Source of the DNA: Candidatus Cryptobacteroides avistercoris
GTDB taxonomy: Bacteria; Bacteroidota; Bacteroidia; Bacteroidales; UBA932
Length of the DNA stretch: 64,000 nucleotides
Assembly: GCA_017695095.1 (NCBI GenBank)
Contig: JADILW010000066.1
Coordinates: 56,703 to 120,702, forward strand
Reading direction: 5' to 3'
Below, one piece after another: positions 18,027 through 27,025 of the stretch. Numbering within the stretch: the stretch's first letter is position 1; every line of letters starts with the position of its first letter. The notes beneath the pieces are model-generated. The model was not told the origin of the DNA and did no database searches. It saw only the letters and a program-made list of their open reading frames with translations. Both the position numbers and the translations under genes were made by a program.

Positions 18027-18100
18027 GGTCCCATAGCTCAGTTGGTTAGAGCACCTGACTCATAATCAGGGAGTCGTAGGTTCAAGCCCTACTGGGACCA
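18027..18100 (+). tRNA. tRNA with CAT anticodon (elongator Met, or Ile2 if lysidine-modified); no encoded CCA
   Basis: Acceptor GGTCCCA/TGGGACC, D arm TAGCTCAGTTGGTTAGAGC, anticodon stem-loop CCTGA-CTCATAA-TCAGG, T arm GTAGGTTCAAGCCCTAC. It is not an initiator: position 1-72 is paired and there is no GGG/CCC anticodon stem. Confidence 0.9.
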
Positions 18101-18112
18101 CTCTCAAAACCA

Positions 18113-18143
18113 AGCACTTGCAGTTTATGCAGGTGCTTTTTTG
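18113..18143 (+). terminator. rho-independent terminator after the tRNA
   Basis: AGCACTTGCA-GTTTA-TGCAGGTGCT followed by TTTTTT. Confidence 0.8.
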
Positions 18144-18176
18144 TGTCTGTTCATCCGGATTCTTTATGCCTCCTGC

Positions 18177-18229
18177 GGCCATAAGCATCCCTCGCAGGCG
18201 AGAAAAGCCTGCTCGTGGATGATATGGCC
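18177..18229 (+). repeat. repeat module A, copy 2
   Basis: GGCCATAAGCATCCCTCGCAGGC-GAGAAAA-GCCTGCTCGTGGATGATATGGCC. Same orientation as copy 1 at 7020..7072. Confidence 0.75.
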
Positions 18230-18260
18230 GTCCGGCGGCGCTGCTTTGCCTGCTGCTGTC

Positions 18261-18355
18261 CTGCAGCCGCGAGTGAGCTCGCCCTCCGGCAGTAAGAACC
18301 ACCGCGCAACCCTATACTGCCGGCAGGGCGACTCCACTGCGGCTGCGTTTTGCAG
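18261..18355. repeat. palindromic repeat module B, copy 2 (inverted relative to copies 1 and 3)
   Basis: CTGCAGCCGCGAGTGAGCTCGCCCTCCGGCAGTA-[AGAACCACCGCGCAACCCTA]-TACTGCCGGCAGGGCGACTCCACTGCGGCTGCGTTTTGCAG. The loop is the reverse complement of the copy 1 loop. Confidence 0.8.
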
Positions 18356-18375
18356 CCTGCGGCCGTGTTACTGCG

Positions 18376-19134
18376 CTATTCTCCGGCGTAGGCGAGGGTG
18401 GCGGCGGAGATGCGCACCGCCGTTCCGACGGCCTTCCGCAGGGTCCTGTGGCATTCGCCCAGGGTCGCGCCCGAGGTGAAGACGTCGTCTATCAGCAGAA
18501 TGTGCCCAATGCCGTTTCCCGAGACCCGTGAAGCGGCGTTTTTCGTGGCGCGGAAGGCTCCGGCCACGTTGGCGGCCTTGGCCTCGCCTGAGATGCGGGT
18601 CTGCGTGGCCGTGCGTCTACAGCGTCTCAGCAGGCCGGTGTCGCAGGGTGCCCCGAGGGCCTTCGCGACTTCTGCTGCGATGATTTCGGCCTGGTTGTAG
18701 CCGCGGCTCCATCGTCTGCTCCAGTGAAGAGGGACGGGCACCACGAGGTCCACGCCCGCGAACAGCTCCGAGGAGGCGAGACGGCTTCCCAGCATGCGCG
18801 CGAAGAACTTCCCGGCCCCGAAGTCTCGGTGGTATTTCAGTGCCTGCGTGATGAGGCTGTACTTCGAGTCCGCGTGATAATGAAAAAGAGCCGCAGCACA
18901 GGCATACGGCTCATATTCATTTCCGGCAATCCGGGCGTTGTACCTGTCGGCCATGGGATTGTGGCCGAGCGTGGCGAAATGGGTCTCGGGAAGGTCGGCG
19001 AGGCAGTCCAAGCAGATGTGCCTCTCCTGCGGCAGCAGCGTCCTTCCGCATGCCACGCATACTCTCGGCAGCACGAGGTCCGCAAGAGCCGAGAGTGAAG
19101 TTTTCAAGTCAAGTCCGGTCAGCCGAGGATCCAT
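18376..19134 (-). CDS. comF: ComF family protein (phosphoribosyltransferase domain)
   Basis: 252 aa. N-terminal Cys-rich CxxC pairs and a C-terminal HILLIDDVFTSGATL PRTase motif. Confidence 0.85.
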   Translation of the reverse strand: MDPRLTGLDLKTSLSALADLVLPRVCVACGRTLLPQERHICLDCLADLPETHFATLGHNPMADRYNARIAGNEYEPYACAAALFHYHADSKYSLITQALKYHRDFGAGKFFARMLGSRLASSELFAGVDLVVPVPLHWSRRWSRGYNQAEIIAAEVAKALGAPCDTGLLRRCRRTATQTRISGEAKAANVAGAFRATKNAASRVSGNGIGHILLIDDVFTSGATLGECHRTLRKAVGTAVRISAATLAYAGE

Positions 19135-19872
19135 CTAGCAGTTCATCGCACCGCAGCAGTTGATAACCTGTCCGCTGACATACGAAGAGAGGTCGCTGGC
19201 GAGGAAGAGGGCCACCTTGGCGACTTCCTCGGGGGTGCCTCCGCGGCGCAGGGGGATGGTTTTCGCCCAGGCCTCGCGCACCGCCTCGGGCAGGGCGTTG
19301 GTCATGTCGGACACGATGAAGCCGGGGGCTATGCAGTTGGCGCGGATACCGCGGGGGCCCATCTCCTTGGCGATGGACTTGGCGAGGCCGATCAGGCCGG
19401 CCTTCGAAGCCGAATAGTTGCACTGTCCGGCGTTGCCGCTCACGCCCACCACGGACGACATGTTGATGATGCTGCCGCCCTTCTGGCGCGACATCACGGG
19501 GGTCACGGCGTGGATGAAGTTATAGGCGGACTTGAGGTTGACGTTGATTACGGCGTCCCACTGGGCCTCGTCCATGCGGAGCATGAGACCGTCCCTGGTG
19601 ATTCCGGCGTTGTTCACGAGCACGTCGATGTGTCCGAAGTCGGCGAGCACCTTCTCCACGGTGGCGTGTACGTCCGCAAAGTCTGCGGCGTTGGAGGTGT
19701 AGGCGACAACCTTGACGCCGAGAGCCGCGATTTCGGCGGTGGTCTCATCGTTGATCTTCACGTCGGTGTAGGCGATGTCTGCTCCTTCTGATGCGAACTT
19801 GAGGGCAATGGCCTTGCCTATGCCTCTGGATGCGCCCGTGATCAGGGCGACTTTTCCTTCAAGTAATTTCAT
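19135..19872 (-). CDS. fabG: 3-oxoacyl-[ACP] reductase
   Basis: MKLLEGKVALITGASRGIGKAIA..., NNAGI, and YSASKAG SDR catalytic motif. Uses the internal ATG at 19872. Confidence 0.9.
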   Translation of the reverse strand: MKLLEGKVALITGASRGIGKAIALKFASEGADIAYTDVKINDETTAEIAALGVKVVAYTSNAADFADVHATVEKVLADFGHIDVLVNNAGITRDGLMLRMDEAQWDAVINVNLKSAYNFIHAVTPVMSRQKGGSIINMSSVVGVSGNAGQCNYSASKAGLIGLAKSIAKEMGPRGIRANCIAPGFIVSDMTNALPEAVREAWAKTIPLRRGGTPEEVAKVALFLASDLSSYVSGQVINCCGAMNC

Positions 19873-19873
19873 T

Positions 19874-21286
19874 TTAACTCTGGTCTTTAGACATTGCTGC
19901 TTCAACGTCGTCGGGAGCGATCGGCAGGCGTCTCGCGCCGAGCCTGCGGGCACCGCCGGCAGTCACGAGGACGTCGTCTTCGAGTCGTATTCCTCCGAAG
20001 CTGAAGTAAGGTTCAAGTTTGTTGTAGTTCACGCACCCCCTGTCGGTGCCCTCACGCTTCCACAGCCTGATGAGGTCGGGGATGAAGTATATACCCGGTT
20101 CGTCGGTGATGACGTTGCCGGGGGCCAGGCGTCTGGCCATTCTCAGGCTGCCGAGTCCCAGCAGGGAGGAGCGGCTCTGGTCGGGGTCGTAGCCCACGAG
20201 ATCCTCGCCGAGATCCTCCATGTCGTGCACGTCCAGTCCCATGTTGTGGCCGAGGCCGTGGGGCATGAACAGCCCCGCGATTCCCTGCTCCGCAAGTTCG
20301 GCTGGATCGCCGCTGACCAGCCCGAGCTGTCCGAGGTTGTCGAGCATGTGGGCGGCCACCGCAAGGTGCACGTCGCGGTAGGCGACGCCCGGCTTAATCA
20401 TGCCGAACGCGAGTTCGTTGCATTCGTAGACCGTCTGGTAGATGTCGCGCTGCATGGCGCTGAACCGTCCTCCGGTCGGGTAGGTCCTGGTGAAGTCGGA
20501 TGCGTAGTGCATGTTGTTCTCCGCACCGGCGTCGATGACCATAAGGCGTCCGGGCTCCACGACGCAGTCGTGGCTGTGGCAGTGGAAGATCTCCCCGTGC
20601 TGGGTGAGGATGGTGGCGAAGCTCACGCCCCAACCCTTGGAAAGGGTCACCCCTTCCATGCGTCCGACTATCTCCTGCTCGATGATTCCGGGCGTGATGC
20701 CCATGCGGGCTGCGGTGTGCATCTCATAGCCGATGTCGCAGGCGTGGTCAATCTGTTCTATCTCCCTGTCCTCCTTGACGAGGCGCAGAGCTATCACGGC
20801 GTCCACGAGGGGGCGCGAAGCCTTGTCGCAGCCCTTCTTGCCGGCGCTGGTGACCTCCGAAGGGTCCAGTCCGAGCAGCGAGGCCATGAGCATGGCGTTG
20901 TAGTAGCGGGAGGTGGGCAGGAAATGGACCTTGCGGCCCTTCACGGCGTCGGCCAGCGCTGAGTACGGAGCCGTTCTGCCGACTCCGACCGCCTCGGCCT
21001 GCGACCGCACCGAGGGCATGGGTCCTGTCCAGATTATGTCGTCGATGCTGAAATCGTCGGCGTAGACCGTCTCGTCGCCGCTCTCGAGGTCGATGGTGGC
21101 GGCGAAGCGGGGTTCGTCGATTCCGAAGAAGTACAGCCAGTTGCTGTCCTGTCTCCACTTGTAGCAGTTGTCCTTGTACTGCGCGGGCGCATCCACGTTG
21201 CCGAGCATCAGAATGATGCCCTTCTCCCCGGCAAGTCTCGCGGTCAAAGCCTTGCGGCGGGCGATGTAAACTTCTTTTTCGAACAT
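19874..21286 (-). CDS. Xaa-Pro aminopeptidase (M24B)
   Basis: 470 aa. Aminopeptidase-P N-domain plus a pita-bread domain with HGLGHNMGLDVHD and the metal-binding residues DAGAE and LEDDV. I chose the ATG at 21286. Confidence 0.88.
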   Translation of the reverse strand: MFEKEVYIARRKALTARLAGEKGIILMLGNVDAPAQYKDNCYKWRQDSNWLYFFGIDEPRFAATIDLESGDETVYADDFSIDDIIWTGPMPSVRSQAEAVGVGRTAPYSALADAVKGRKVHFLPTSRYYNAMLMASLLGLDPSEVTSAGKKGCDKASRPLVDAVIALRLVKEDREIEQIDHACDIGYEMHTAARMGITPGIIEQEIVGRMEGVTLSKGWGVSFATILTQHGEIFHCHSHDCVVEPGRLMVIDAGAENNMHYASDFTRTYPTGGRFSAMQRDIYQTVYECNELAFGMIKPGVAYRDVHLAVAAHMLDNLGQLGLVSGDPAELAEQGIAGLFMPHGLGHNMGLDVHDMEDLGEDLVGYDPDQSRSSLLGLGSLRMARRLAPGNVITDEPGIYFIPDLIRLWKREGTDRGCVNYNKLEPYFSFGGIRLEDDVLVTAGGARRLGARRLPIAPDDVEAAMSKDQS

Positions 21287-21318
21287 ACCAGGCAAAATTA
21301 TTCCGGCCTTTGGTCAAG

Positions 21319-21403
21319 TGCCTCGGATGAGACTCGAACTCACACGGACATTGCTGTCCAAGGGATTTTAAGTCCCTCGTGTCTACCATTCCACCACCAA
21401 GGC
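21319..21403 (-). tRNA. tRNA-Leu (anticodon TAA)
   Basis: Minus-strand sequence is GCCTTGGTGGTGGAATGGTAGACACGAGGGACTTAAAATCCCTTGGACAGCAATGTCCGTGTGAGTTCGAGTCTCATCCGAGGCA. It has a long variable arm and acceptor GCCTTGG/CCGAGGC. Confidence 0.92.
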
Positions 21404-21413
21404 GATCCGCCTG

Positions 21414-21421
21414 CAAAGATA
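21414..21421 (-). promoter_or_regulatory. -7 box TATCTTTG upstream of tRNA-Leu
   Basis: Reverse complement of CAAAGATA, 10 nt upstream of the mature tRNA 5' end. Confidence 0.4.
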
Positions 21422-21422
21422 C

Positions 21423-22730
21423 TCAGAAATATTTGTTTTCCTGCCGGTTGAGTGCAAGGAAAATGAAGATGAGCACCGAGAACGCCAGCAGCGACGAGCC
21501 TCCGTAGCTCAGCATCGGCAGCGGTATGCCTATCACCGGCATCAGGCCTATGGTCATGCCGATGTTGATGAACAGATGCATGAACAGGCAGGCCGCCAGG
21601 CAGTTGCCGTAGATGCGCGTGAACGCCTCGCGGCTCTTGTCGGCGTCCTGCATGATGCGCCATATCATCATCACGTAGAGGAAGATCACCACGAAGCAGC
21701 CTATGAAGCCATGCTCCTCGCCTATGGTGCAGAAGATGAAGTCGGTGCTCTGCTCGGGCACGAAGCCGAAGGTGGTCTGCGTGCCGTTGAGGAAACCCTT
21801 TCCCGTCAGTCCGCCCGACCCTATCGCTATCATCGACTGGCGCACGTTGTAGCCCACTCCGCTGGGGTCCTCCTTCAGTCCGAGCAGCACTTCGATGCGG
21901 GAGCGCTGGTGGTCCTGGAGCACGTTGTTGAAGATGAAGCCCGTGGCGAAGATCAGCATGGCACCCGCGGCGACACCCGCCAGCGCCCATCTGACGACCC
22001 TGCGGCGGTAGGCGGCCGAGGTCTTCCAGCGCCGCCGCAGAAGCAGCAGGCAGCACAGCGCGCAGGTCGCCACGAGCACGGCGGCCGACACCCACCAGCC
22101 TGCGGTCAGCGTCAGGATGAACAGCAGTATGCACATGGCCAGCGCGAACAGCCACCAGCCCGACAGCCCCTCGCGGTAGAGGACGAAAATGTAGCCCAGA
22201 TAGACCAGCGCGGAGCCGGTTTCGCTCTCTCCGAGAATGGCGAGCATCGGCAGGCCTATCGCCAGGGCGACCTGGGTGAACCCCCGGGGCGTGGTCAGCC
22301 TGAAGCCCTGCCGCCCCATGATGAGCGCCAGCATCAGCGAGGTGGTGATCTTCGAGACTTCGGCCGGCTGGAACTTCACCGGACCGAGCTCGAACCAGGA
22401 GTGCGAGCCCTTGACGTCGCGGCTCAGGAAAATCACGAGCACCAGCAGCACCAGCACGACCAGATAGGCCGGCGGCGTCAGCACCTCCCACAGCTTCGGG
22501 TTGACCGCGAACAGGATGACCACGTCGACCGCGAACACCACGAGCATCCAGAGGAACTGCTTCCCGCTGCGGCTTCCGAGGTCGAAGATCGAACTGGGTT
22601 CGCTGGAATGGATGGACGCGTATATGCTGATCCAGCCGATCACCACGAGCGCGAGGTAGCAGAACACCAGCCACCAGTCGATGGTCTGCCGCAGTCCCCT
22701 GCCGTAGGAATATGAGCCTCTTGCGTCCAT
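21423..22730 (-). CDS. rodA: rod shape-determining protein RodA (SEDS family)
   Basis: 435 aa polytopic membrane protein of FtsW/RodA/SpoVE type, immediately downstream of mrdA. Confidence 0.9.
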   Translation of the reverse strand: MDARGSYSYGRGLRQTIDWWLVFCYLALVVIGWISIYASIHSSEPSSIFDLGSRSGKQFLWMLVVFAVDVVILFAVNPKLWEVLTPPAYLVVLVLLVLVIFLSRDVKGSHSWFELGPVKFQPAEVSKITTSLMLALIMGRQGFRLTTPRGFTQVALAIGLPMLAILGESETGSALVYLGYIFVLYREGLSGWWLFALAMCILLFILTLTAGWWVSAAVLVATCALCCLLLLRRRWKTSAAYRRRVVRWALAGVAAGAMLIFATGFIFNNVLQDHQRSRIEVLLGLKEDPSGVGYNVRQSMIAIGSGGLTGKGFLNGTQTTFGFVPEQSTDFIFCTIGEEHGFIGCFVVIFLYVMMIWRIMQDADKSREAFTRIYGNCLAACLFMHLFINIGMTIGLMPVIGIPLPMLSYGGSSLLAFSVLIFIFLALNRQENKYF

Positions 22731-22732
22731 GC

Positions 22733-24559
22733 CTAGAAGAATCTTGTCTCGAGCATGCGCTGCTCGAGGTATCTGCGCTGGGGGCAGATGTCGCCCGTCA
22801 GATATTTTTCAAGCATCAGGGATGCCACCGGAAGCGCCCAGGTGGCCCCGAAGCCCGCATTCTCCACGTATGCGGCCACCGCGATCTTCGGATTGTCCTT
22901 GGGTGCGAAGCAGATGAACACGGAGTTGTCCTCTCCGTGGGGGTTCTGCGCCGTTCCCGTCTTGCCGCAGACGTCGAGTCCGGGCACCGCGGCAGCGAAA
23001 GCCGTGCCGCCAGCAGAGCCTCCGCCGTTGACCGCCTTGTACATGCCTTCGACCGCCGTGGCGAAATACGAAGTGTCCACGAGGGTGTAGTGTCTCTCCT
23101 TGTATGCGGGGTCTATGCTGACTCCTTCCGAGTCCTTGACCAGGTGGGGGACGTACCAGTAGCCGCGGTTGGCCATTATCGCAGCGAGATTGGCGATCTG
23201 AAGCGGCGTGGCGCCGATCTCGCCCTGCCCTATGGACAGGGAGACTATGGTCTGGAAGCGCCACCTGCCCTTCCCGTAGAGCTTGTCGTAGTATCCGGAG
23301 GTGGGGATGTTGCCGCCGAGTTCGGCAGGAATGCCGCTGCCCAGCTTCTCGCCGAAGCCGAAGCTCAGCACGTACTCCCTCCAGGCGTCGAGGGCCTCCG
23401 CGGTGGAGGCGTATCTGTCGTTCTCGAGTATGTCGCGCAGCACGTAGCAGAAGTAGCCGTTGCAGGACGTGGCTATCGCCGACTCGAAGTCGAGAGGGGA
23501 GGAGTGGGCGTGGCAGCCCAGCTTGCGGGTGCGGGTGTAGTAGTAGCCGTTGTTGCACGGATACTTGTCGGAGGGCTCGAGCACCCCTTCCTGCAGGCCT
23601 ATCAGGCCGTTGACCAGCTTGAACACGGACCCCGGGGGATAGGAGGCCATCACGGTGCGGTTGAACATGGGCTTGCGCGGGTCGCGGGAGAGGCTGTCGT
23701 AGTGGCTGCCTATGTCGGCCAGCACGTCCACGTCGATTCCCGGGCTCGACACCATCGCGAGTATCTCCCCGGTCGAGGGTTCGATTGCCACCACCGAACC
23801 GACCTTCCCCGCCATGAGCTGCTGCCCGTATTGCTGCAGGTGGGCGTCTATGGTGGAGACGATGTTCTTCCCGGGCACCGCGGCCTTGTCCTCCCTGCCG
23901 TCGAGATAGGCCGACTGCACCCTGTTCCTGGAGTCCCGGAGCATTATGTGGTAGCCCTTCTCCCCGCGGAGCTCCTCCTCCATCGAGGACTCGAGGCCGG
24001 TGCGCCCGATGTAGTCGCCCGCCTCGTATTCGCCCGGATGGTTCTCGATGTCGTCGGCGTTGACCTCGGTTATGTAGCCCAGCAGATTGCCTCCGGCGTT
24101 GAAGGGATAGTCCCTGATGCTGCGGGCCTGCGAGCGGAAGCCGGGGAAGAGATACTGCTTCTCGGCGAACTGCATGTAGATTTCGGGCGACACCTGCTTG
24201 AGCAGGGTCACGGTGCGGTAGCCTATGCGGCTGCGGTATTCGCGGTAGTAGGCCATCCTGTCGCGTATGAAGCTGGCGGTCGTGTCGAGGGCACGGGCGA
24301 GCTCGAGCGTGTCGAATTCGGACACGTCCCTCGGGGTCACGAGTATGTCGTAGCAGACGGAATTGCCCACCAGGATCTCGCCGTTGCGGTCGTAGATCAC
24401 CCCTCGGGGAGGGTAGATGTCGGCGTAGACCATGGAGTTGTTGGACGCGTCCTTCTTGTACTCGTCGTTGATGATCTGGATGTAGAACAGCTTTCCGAGC
24501 AGCAGCAGGGCGAACGCCGCGAGACCTATCAGGAGTTTGTTTTTGCGGTTTATTTCCAT
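22733..24559 (-). CDS. mrdA: penicillin-binding protein 2 (elongasome transpeptidase)
   Basis: Internal ATG at 24559 gives MEINRKNKLLIGLAAFALLL (membrane anchor). Contains SVFK (SxxK), SCN (SxN) and KTGT motifs. Confidence 0.9.
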   Translation of the reverse strand: MEINRKNKLLIGLAAFALLLLGKLFYIQIINDEYKKDASNNSMVYADIYPPRGVIYDRNGEILVGNSVCYDILVTPRDVSEFDTLELARALDTTASFIRDRMAYYREYRSRIGYRTVTLLKQVSPEIYMQFAEKQYLFPGFRSQARSIRDYPFNAGGNLLGYITEVNADDIENHPGEYEAGDYIGRTGLESSMEEELRGEKGYHIMLRDSRNRVQSAYLDGREDKAAVPGKNIVSTIDAHLQQYGQQLMAGKVGSVVAIEPSTGEILAMVSSPGIDVDVLADIGSHYDSLSRDPRKPMFNRTVMASYPPGSVFKLVNGLIGLQEGVLEPSDKYPCNNGYYYTRTRKLGCHAHSSPLDFESAIATSCNGYFCYVLRDILENDRYASTAEALDAWREYVLSFGFGEKLGSGIPAELGGNIPTSGYYDKLYGKGRWRFQTIVSLSIGQGEIGATPLQIANLAAIMANRGYWYVPHLVKDSEGVSIDPAYKERHYTLVDTSYFATAVEGMYKAVNGGGSAGGTAFAAAVPGLDVCGKTGTAQNPHGEDNSVFICFAPKDNPKIAVAAYVENAGFGATWALPVASLMLEKYLTGDICPQRRYLEQRMLETRFF

Positions 24560-25065
24560 TTTTGGCTGTTCTCGGAGCAGAGTATCCAGGCGATGTAGGT
24601 GGAGATGAGGGTGCTGACCGCCAGCGAGGCGGCGAACTTGACGGCGTCGACCCACAGCGGCCTGGTGCCGGCGCTGTCGGCGACGATGTAGACGAGCAGG
24701 AAGACGGCTGTCACCATCGCGGTGGCGAGCATCATCTTGCTGCTTCCCTGACGCTGGAAGGAGATGTCCTCTCCGCGCGCCTGCAGCTCACTGCCGAACA
24801 CCAGCCAGATTATCGGACGCCGCAGCAGGCCCACGGGCACGAGGGCCAGGGAGGTGAGTCCCAGCAGGCCTCCGGCGAAGAAGTCGGCCGCAAGTCCGGT
24901 GACGAACGCTATCGCCATGCTGAACACTGGGCCGCGCTTTACGGAGATGCAGAGCAGCAGCACGGGGAGTATGGCGATGGTCAGGAACTGCGAGAAGTTG
25001 AAGTAGTTCCAGAGCAGCACCTGGGCCACGAGCAGCAGCAGGTATTTCAGCGTGAACCTGTTCAT
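24550..25065 (-). CDS. mreD: rod shape-determining protein MreD
   Basis: 171 aa hydrophobic protein between mreC and mrdA. Its start overlaps the mreC stop (ATGA). Confidence 0.8.
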   Translation of the reverse strand: MNRFTLKYLLLLVAQVLLWNYFNFSQFLTIAILPVLLLCISVKRGPVFSMAIAFVTGLAADFFAGGLLGLTSLALVPVGLLRRPIIWLVFGSELQARGEDISFQRQGSSKMMLATAMVTAVFLLVYIVADSAGTRPLWVDAVKFAASLAVSTLISTYIAWILCSENSQKWK

Positions 25066-25928
25066 TGCGCGCCCTCCTTTCCGGCTTCCTCTTCGAGCGC
25101 GCGGATCTCGCCGATGTCAGTGTTGCAGGTCACGGTCACGTAGTGCGCCGACCTGAAGTCCTGGAACAGTTTCACCTCGACATGCTGGTTGGAGCCGTCC
25201 ACGAGGCGGGATTCCCCTGTCACGCCCACGGCTATGCCTTCGGGGAAGATGGCCGAATATCCGCTGGTCCACACCGTGTCGCCGGGGGTGACGGAGTAGT
25301 GCGGGGGAATGTCGGTCACCACCGCCGCGTCGGAGCTGATGCCGTCCCATACGAGCGGGGCGGTTATCCCTTCGGGGCCTACCTTGGTGCTCACGGTCAC
25401 GTTGGGGTTCATCAGCGTGAGTCCGTAGGAGTAGTGCCGGCTCACCGAACTGATCACCCCTATGATTCCCCTGGAGCTGATGATGCCGGACTGGGGCATG
25501 ATGCCGTCTTCGCTGCCTTTGTTGATGATCACGTAGTTCTGGTTGCGGTTGCGGCTCATCTTGACTATCGTCGCGGGGGTGTAGCTGAAGCTCTGCCTGG
25601 CTCCGGAGACGGCGCCGTATCCGGCGGGGAGGGTCCCTTCGGCGGCCTGTCTCTCCCTCATGGCCTCGTCGGCCCTGTGGTATCGCTCAAGCTCCTGCCG
25701 CAGAGCTGCGTTGCGGAGGGCCAGCTCGTCGTTGGCCGCCTCGAGCCGGAAATAGTTGCGCACGGACTCGCCGCTGCTCCACAGCGCCGCCATGACCCTG
25801 TGCGAGGCGCGGTTGATCCAGATGTCCTGCAGGGTGGAACTCCTGTCCAGCATAGCAAGAGCAGCAACCTCCAGAAGTATGAAGATTGCCGCGCTCACCA
25901 GGATGGAAGTCTTGTGTCCCTGTGGCAT
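25062..25928 (-). CDS. mreC: rod shape-determining protein MreC
   Basis: 288 aa with an N-terminal TM helix, a coiled coil and a beta-barrel region. Position in the mre operon supports the call. Confidence 0.88.
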   Translation of the reverse strand: MPQGHKTSILVSAAIFILLEVAALAMLDRSSTLQDIWINRASHRVMAALWSSGESVRNYFRLEAANDELALRNAALRQELERYHRADEAMRERQAAEGTLPAGYGAVSGARQSFSYTPATIVKMSRNRNQNYVIINKGSEDGIMPQSGIISSRGIIGVISSVSRHYSYGLTLMNPNVTVSTKVGPEGITAPLVWDGISSDAAVVTDIPPHYSVTPGDTVWTSGYSAIFPEGIAVGVTGESRLVDGSNQHVEVKLFQDFRSAHYVTVTCNTDIGEIRALEEEAGKEGAQ

Positions 25929-25929
25929 C

Positions 25930-26955
25930 CTATCTCATAAGGAAAGAATAGCGGTCGGTATGCTTGAGGGCGTCGCAGGTGCCCCTTGCCACTGCGTGCA
26001 GAGGGTCGTCGGCCACGTGGAAGTCGATGTTCACCTTGTCCTTGAACCTCTTCGCGAGGCCTCTGAGCAGGGCTCCGCCTCCCGAAAGATAGATTCCGTT
26101 CTCCACGATGTCGGCGTAGAGTTCGGGCGGGGTGTTCTCGAGGACATGAAGTATGGAGGTCTCTATCTTGGCGATGGACTTGTCCAGGCAGTGGGCGATC
26201 TCCTGATGGGTGATGGTGGCCTCGACCGGATGTGCGGTCATGAGGTTGGGTCCGCGCACCACGAAGGGCTCCGGAGCCTCGTCCCCGAGGTCGGGGATCA
26301 CCGCACCGACGGCGATCTTGATCTTCTCCGCGGTGATTTCGCCTACCTTGACGTTGTGCTGCTGGCGCAGGTAGTACTGGATGTCGCTGGTGAACACGTC
26401 GCCGGCGGTGCGTATGCTGTCCTGCACCACGAGGCCGCCGAGGGAGATCACCGCGATCTCGGTGGTGCCTCCGCCTATGTCGACGACCATGTTGCCCTGG
26501 GGCGCCTCAATGTCGAGGCCTATTCCGAGGGCTGCGGCCATGGGCTCGAAGATCAGATACACGTCGCGTCCTCCGGCATGCTCGGTGGAGTCGCGCACGG
26601 CCCTGATCTCCACTTCGGTGGAGCCTGAAGGTATGCCCACGACCACCTTGAGGTTGGGGGTGAACAGGCTGCGCCTGCGGCTGCTGGCCTGCTTGATGAA
26701 TCCGCGTATCATCATCTCGGCGGCGTTGAAGTCGGCGATGACTCCGTCGCGCAGAGGCCTCACGGTCTTCAGCCCGGGGTTCACCTTCTCCTGCATCAGC
26801 TTGGCCTGCTGGCCGAGCGCGATGCACTTTCCGCTGTTGTTGTTGATCGCGATGATGCTGGGTTCGTCCAGCACTATCTCGTCGTTCTGGTATATGACGG
26901 TATTGGCCGTTCCGAGGTCAATAGCGAGTTCCTGGTTTAAGAATGAAAATGCCAT
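25930..26955 (-). CDS. mreB: rod shape-determining protein MreB
   Basis: 341 aa actin-like ATPase with LAIDLGTANT and VDIGGGTTE motifs. Confidence 0.96.
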   Translation of the reverse strand: MAFSFLNQELAIDLGTANTVIYQNDEIVLDEPSIIAINNNSGKCIALGQQAKLMQEKVNPGLKTVRPLRDGVIADFNAAEMMIRGFIKQASSRRRSLFTPNLKVVVGIPSGSTEVEIRAVRDSTEHAGGRDVYLIFEPMAAALGIGLDIEAPQGNMVVDIGGGTTEIAVISLGGLVVQDSIRTAGDVFTSDIQYYLRQQHNVKVGEITAEKIKIAVGAVIPDLGDEAPEPFVVRGPNLMTAHPVEATITHQEIAHCLDKSIAKIETSILHVLENTPPELYADIVENGIYLSGGGALLRGLAKRFKDKVNIDFHVADDPLHAVARGTCDALKHTDRYSFLMR

Positions 26956-27025
26956 ATTTCAGCTCATGAAAGTCAGTTTACAAATATAATGAAAAATGCT
27001 TAATTTTGCTCAAAGACTGAAGCTG

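Noticed and set aside
18172-18364. 9 bp direct repeat CCTGCGGCC flanking the A+B composite of copy 2 (18172..18180 and 18356..18364), which looks like a target-site duplication of a MITE.
   Set aside because: The left repeat overlaps the base of the module A stem (GGCC), which is also present as GGCT in copy 1, so it is element-internal. Copy 1 has no comparable flanking duplication and the composite has no terminal inverted repeats. This may be chance in GC-rich sequence, so it is mentioned only here.
22712-24598. 628 aa ORF on the plus strand, antisense to mrdA. There are similar very long antisense ORFs at 19775..20962, 28326..30224, 31555..33054, 36556..38415, 47808..49439 and 59908..61254.
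   Set aside because: Each lies fully opposite a gene with unmistakable conserved motifs (PBP2, pepP, topA, PBP1A, U32/TPR, M24, DUF4954). Their translations are low-complexity and rich in R, G, A, H and V with no motifs. Long stop-free antisense frames are expected in GC-rich coding DNA. I found no support for overlapping genes.
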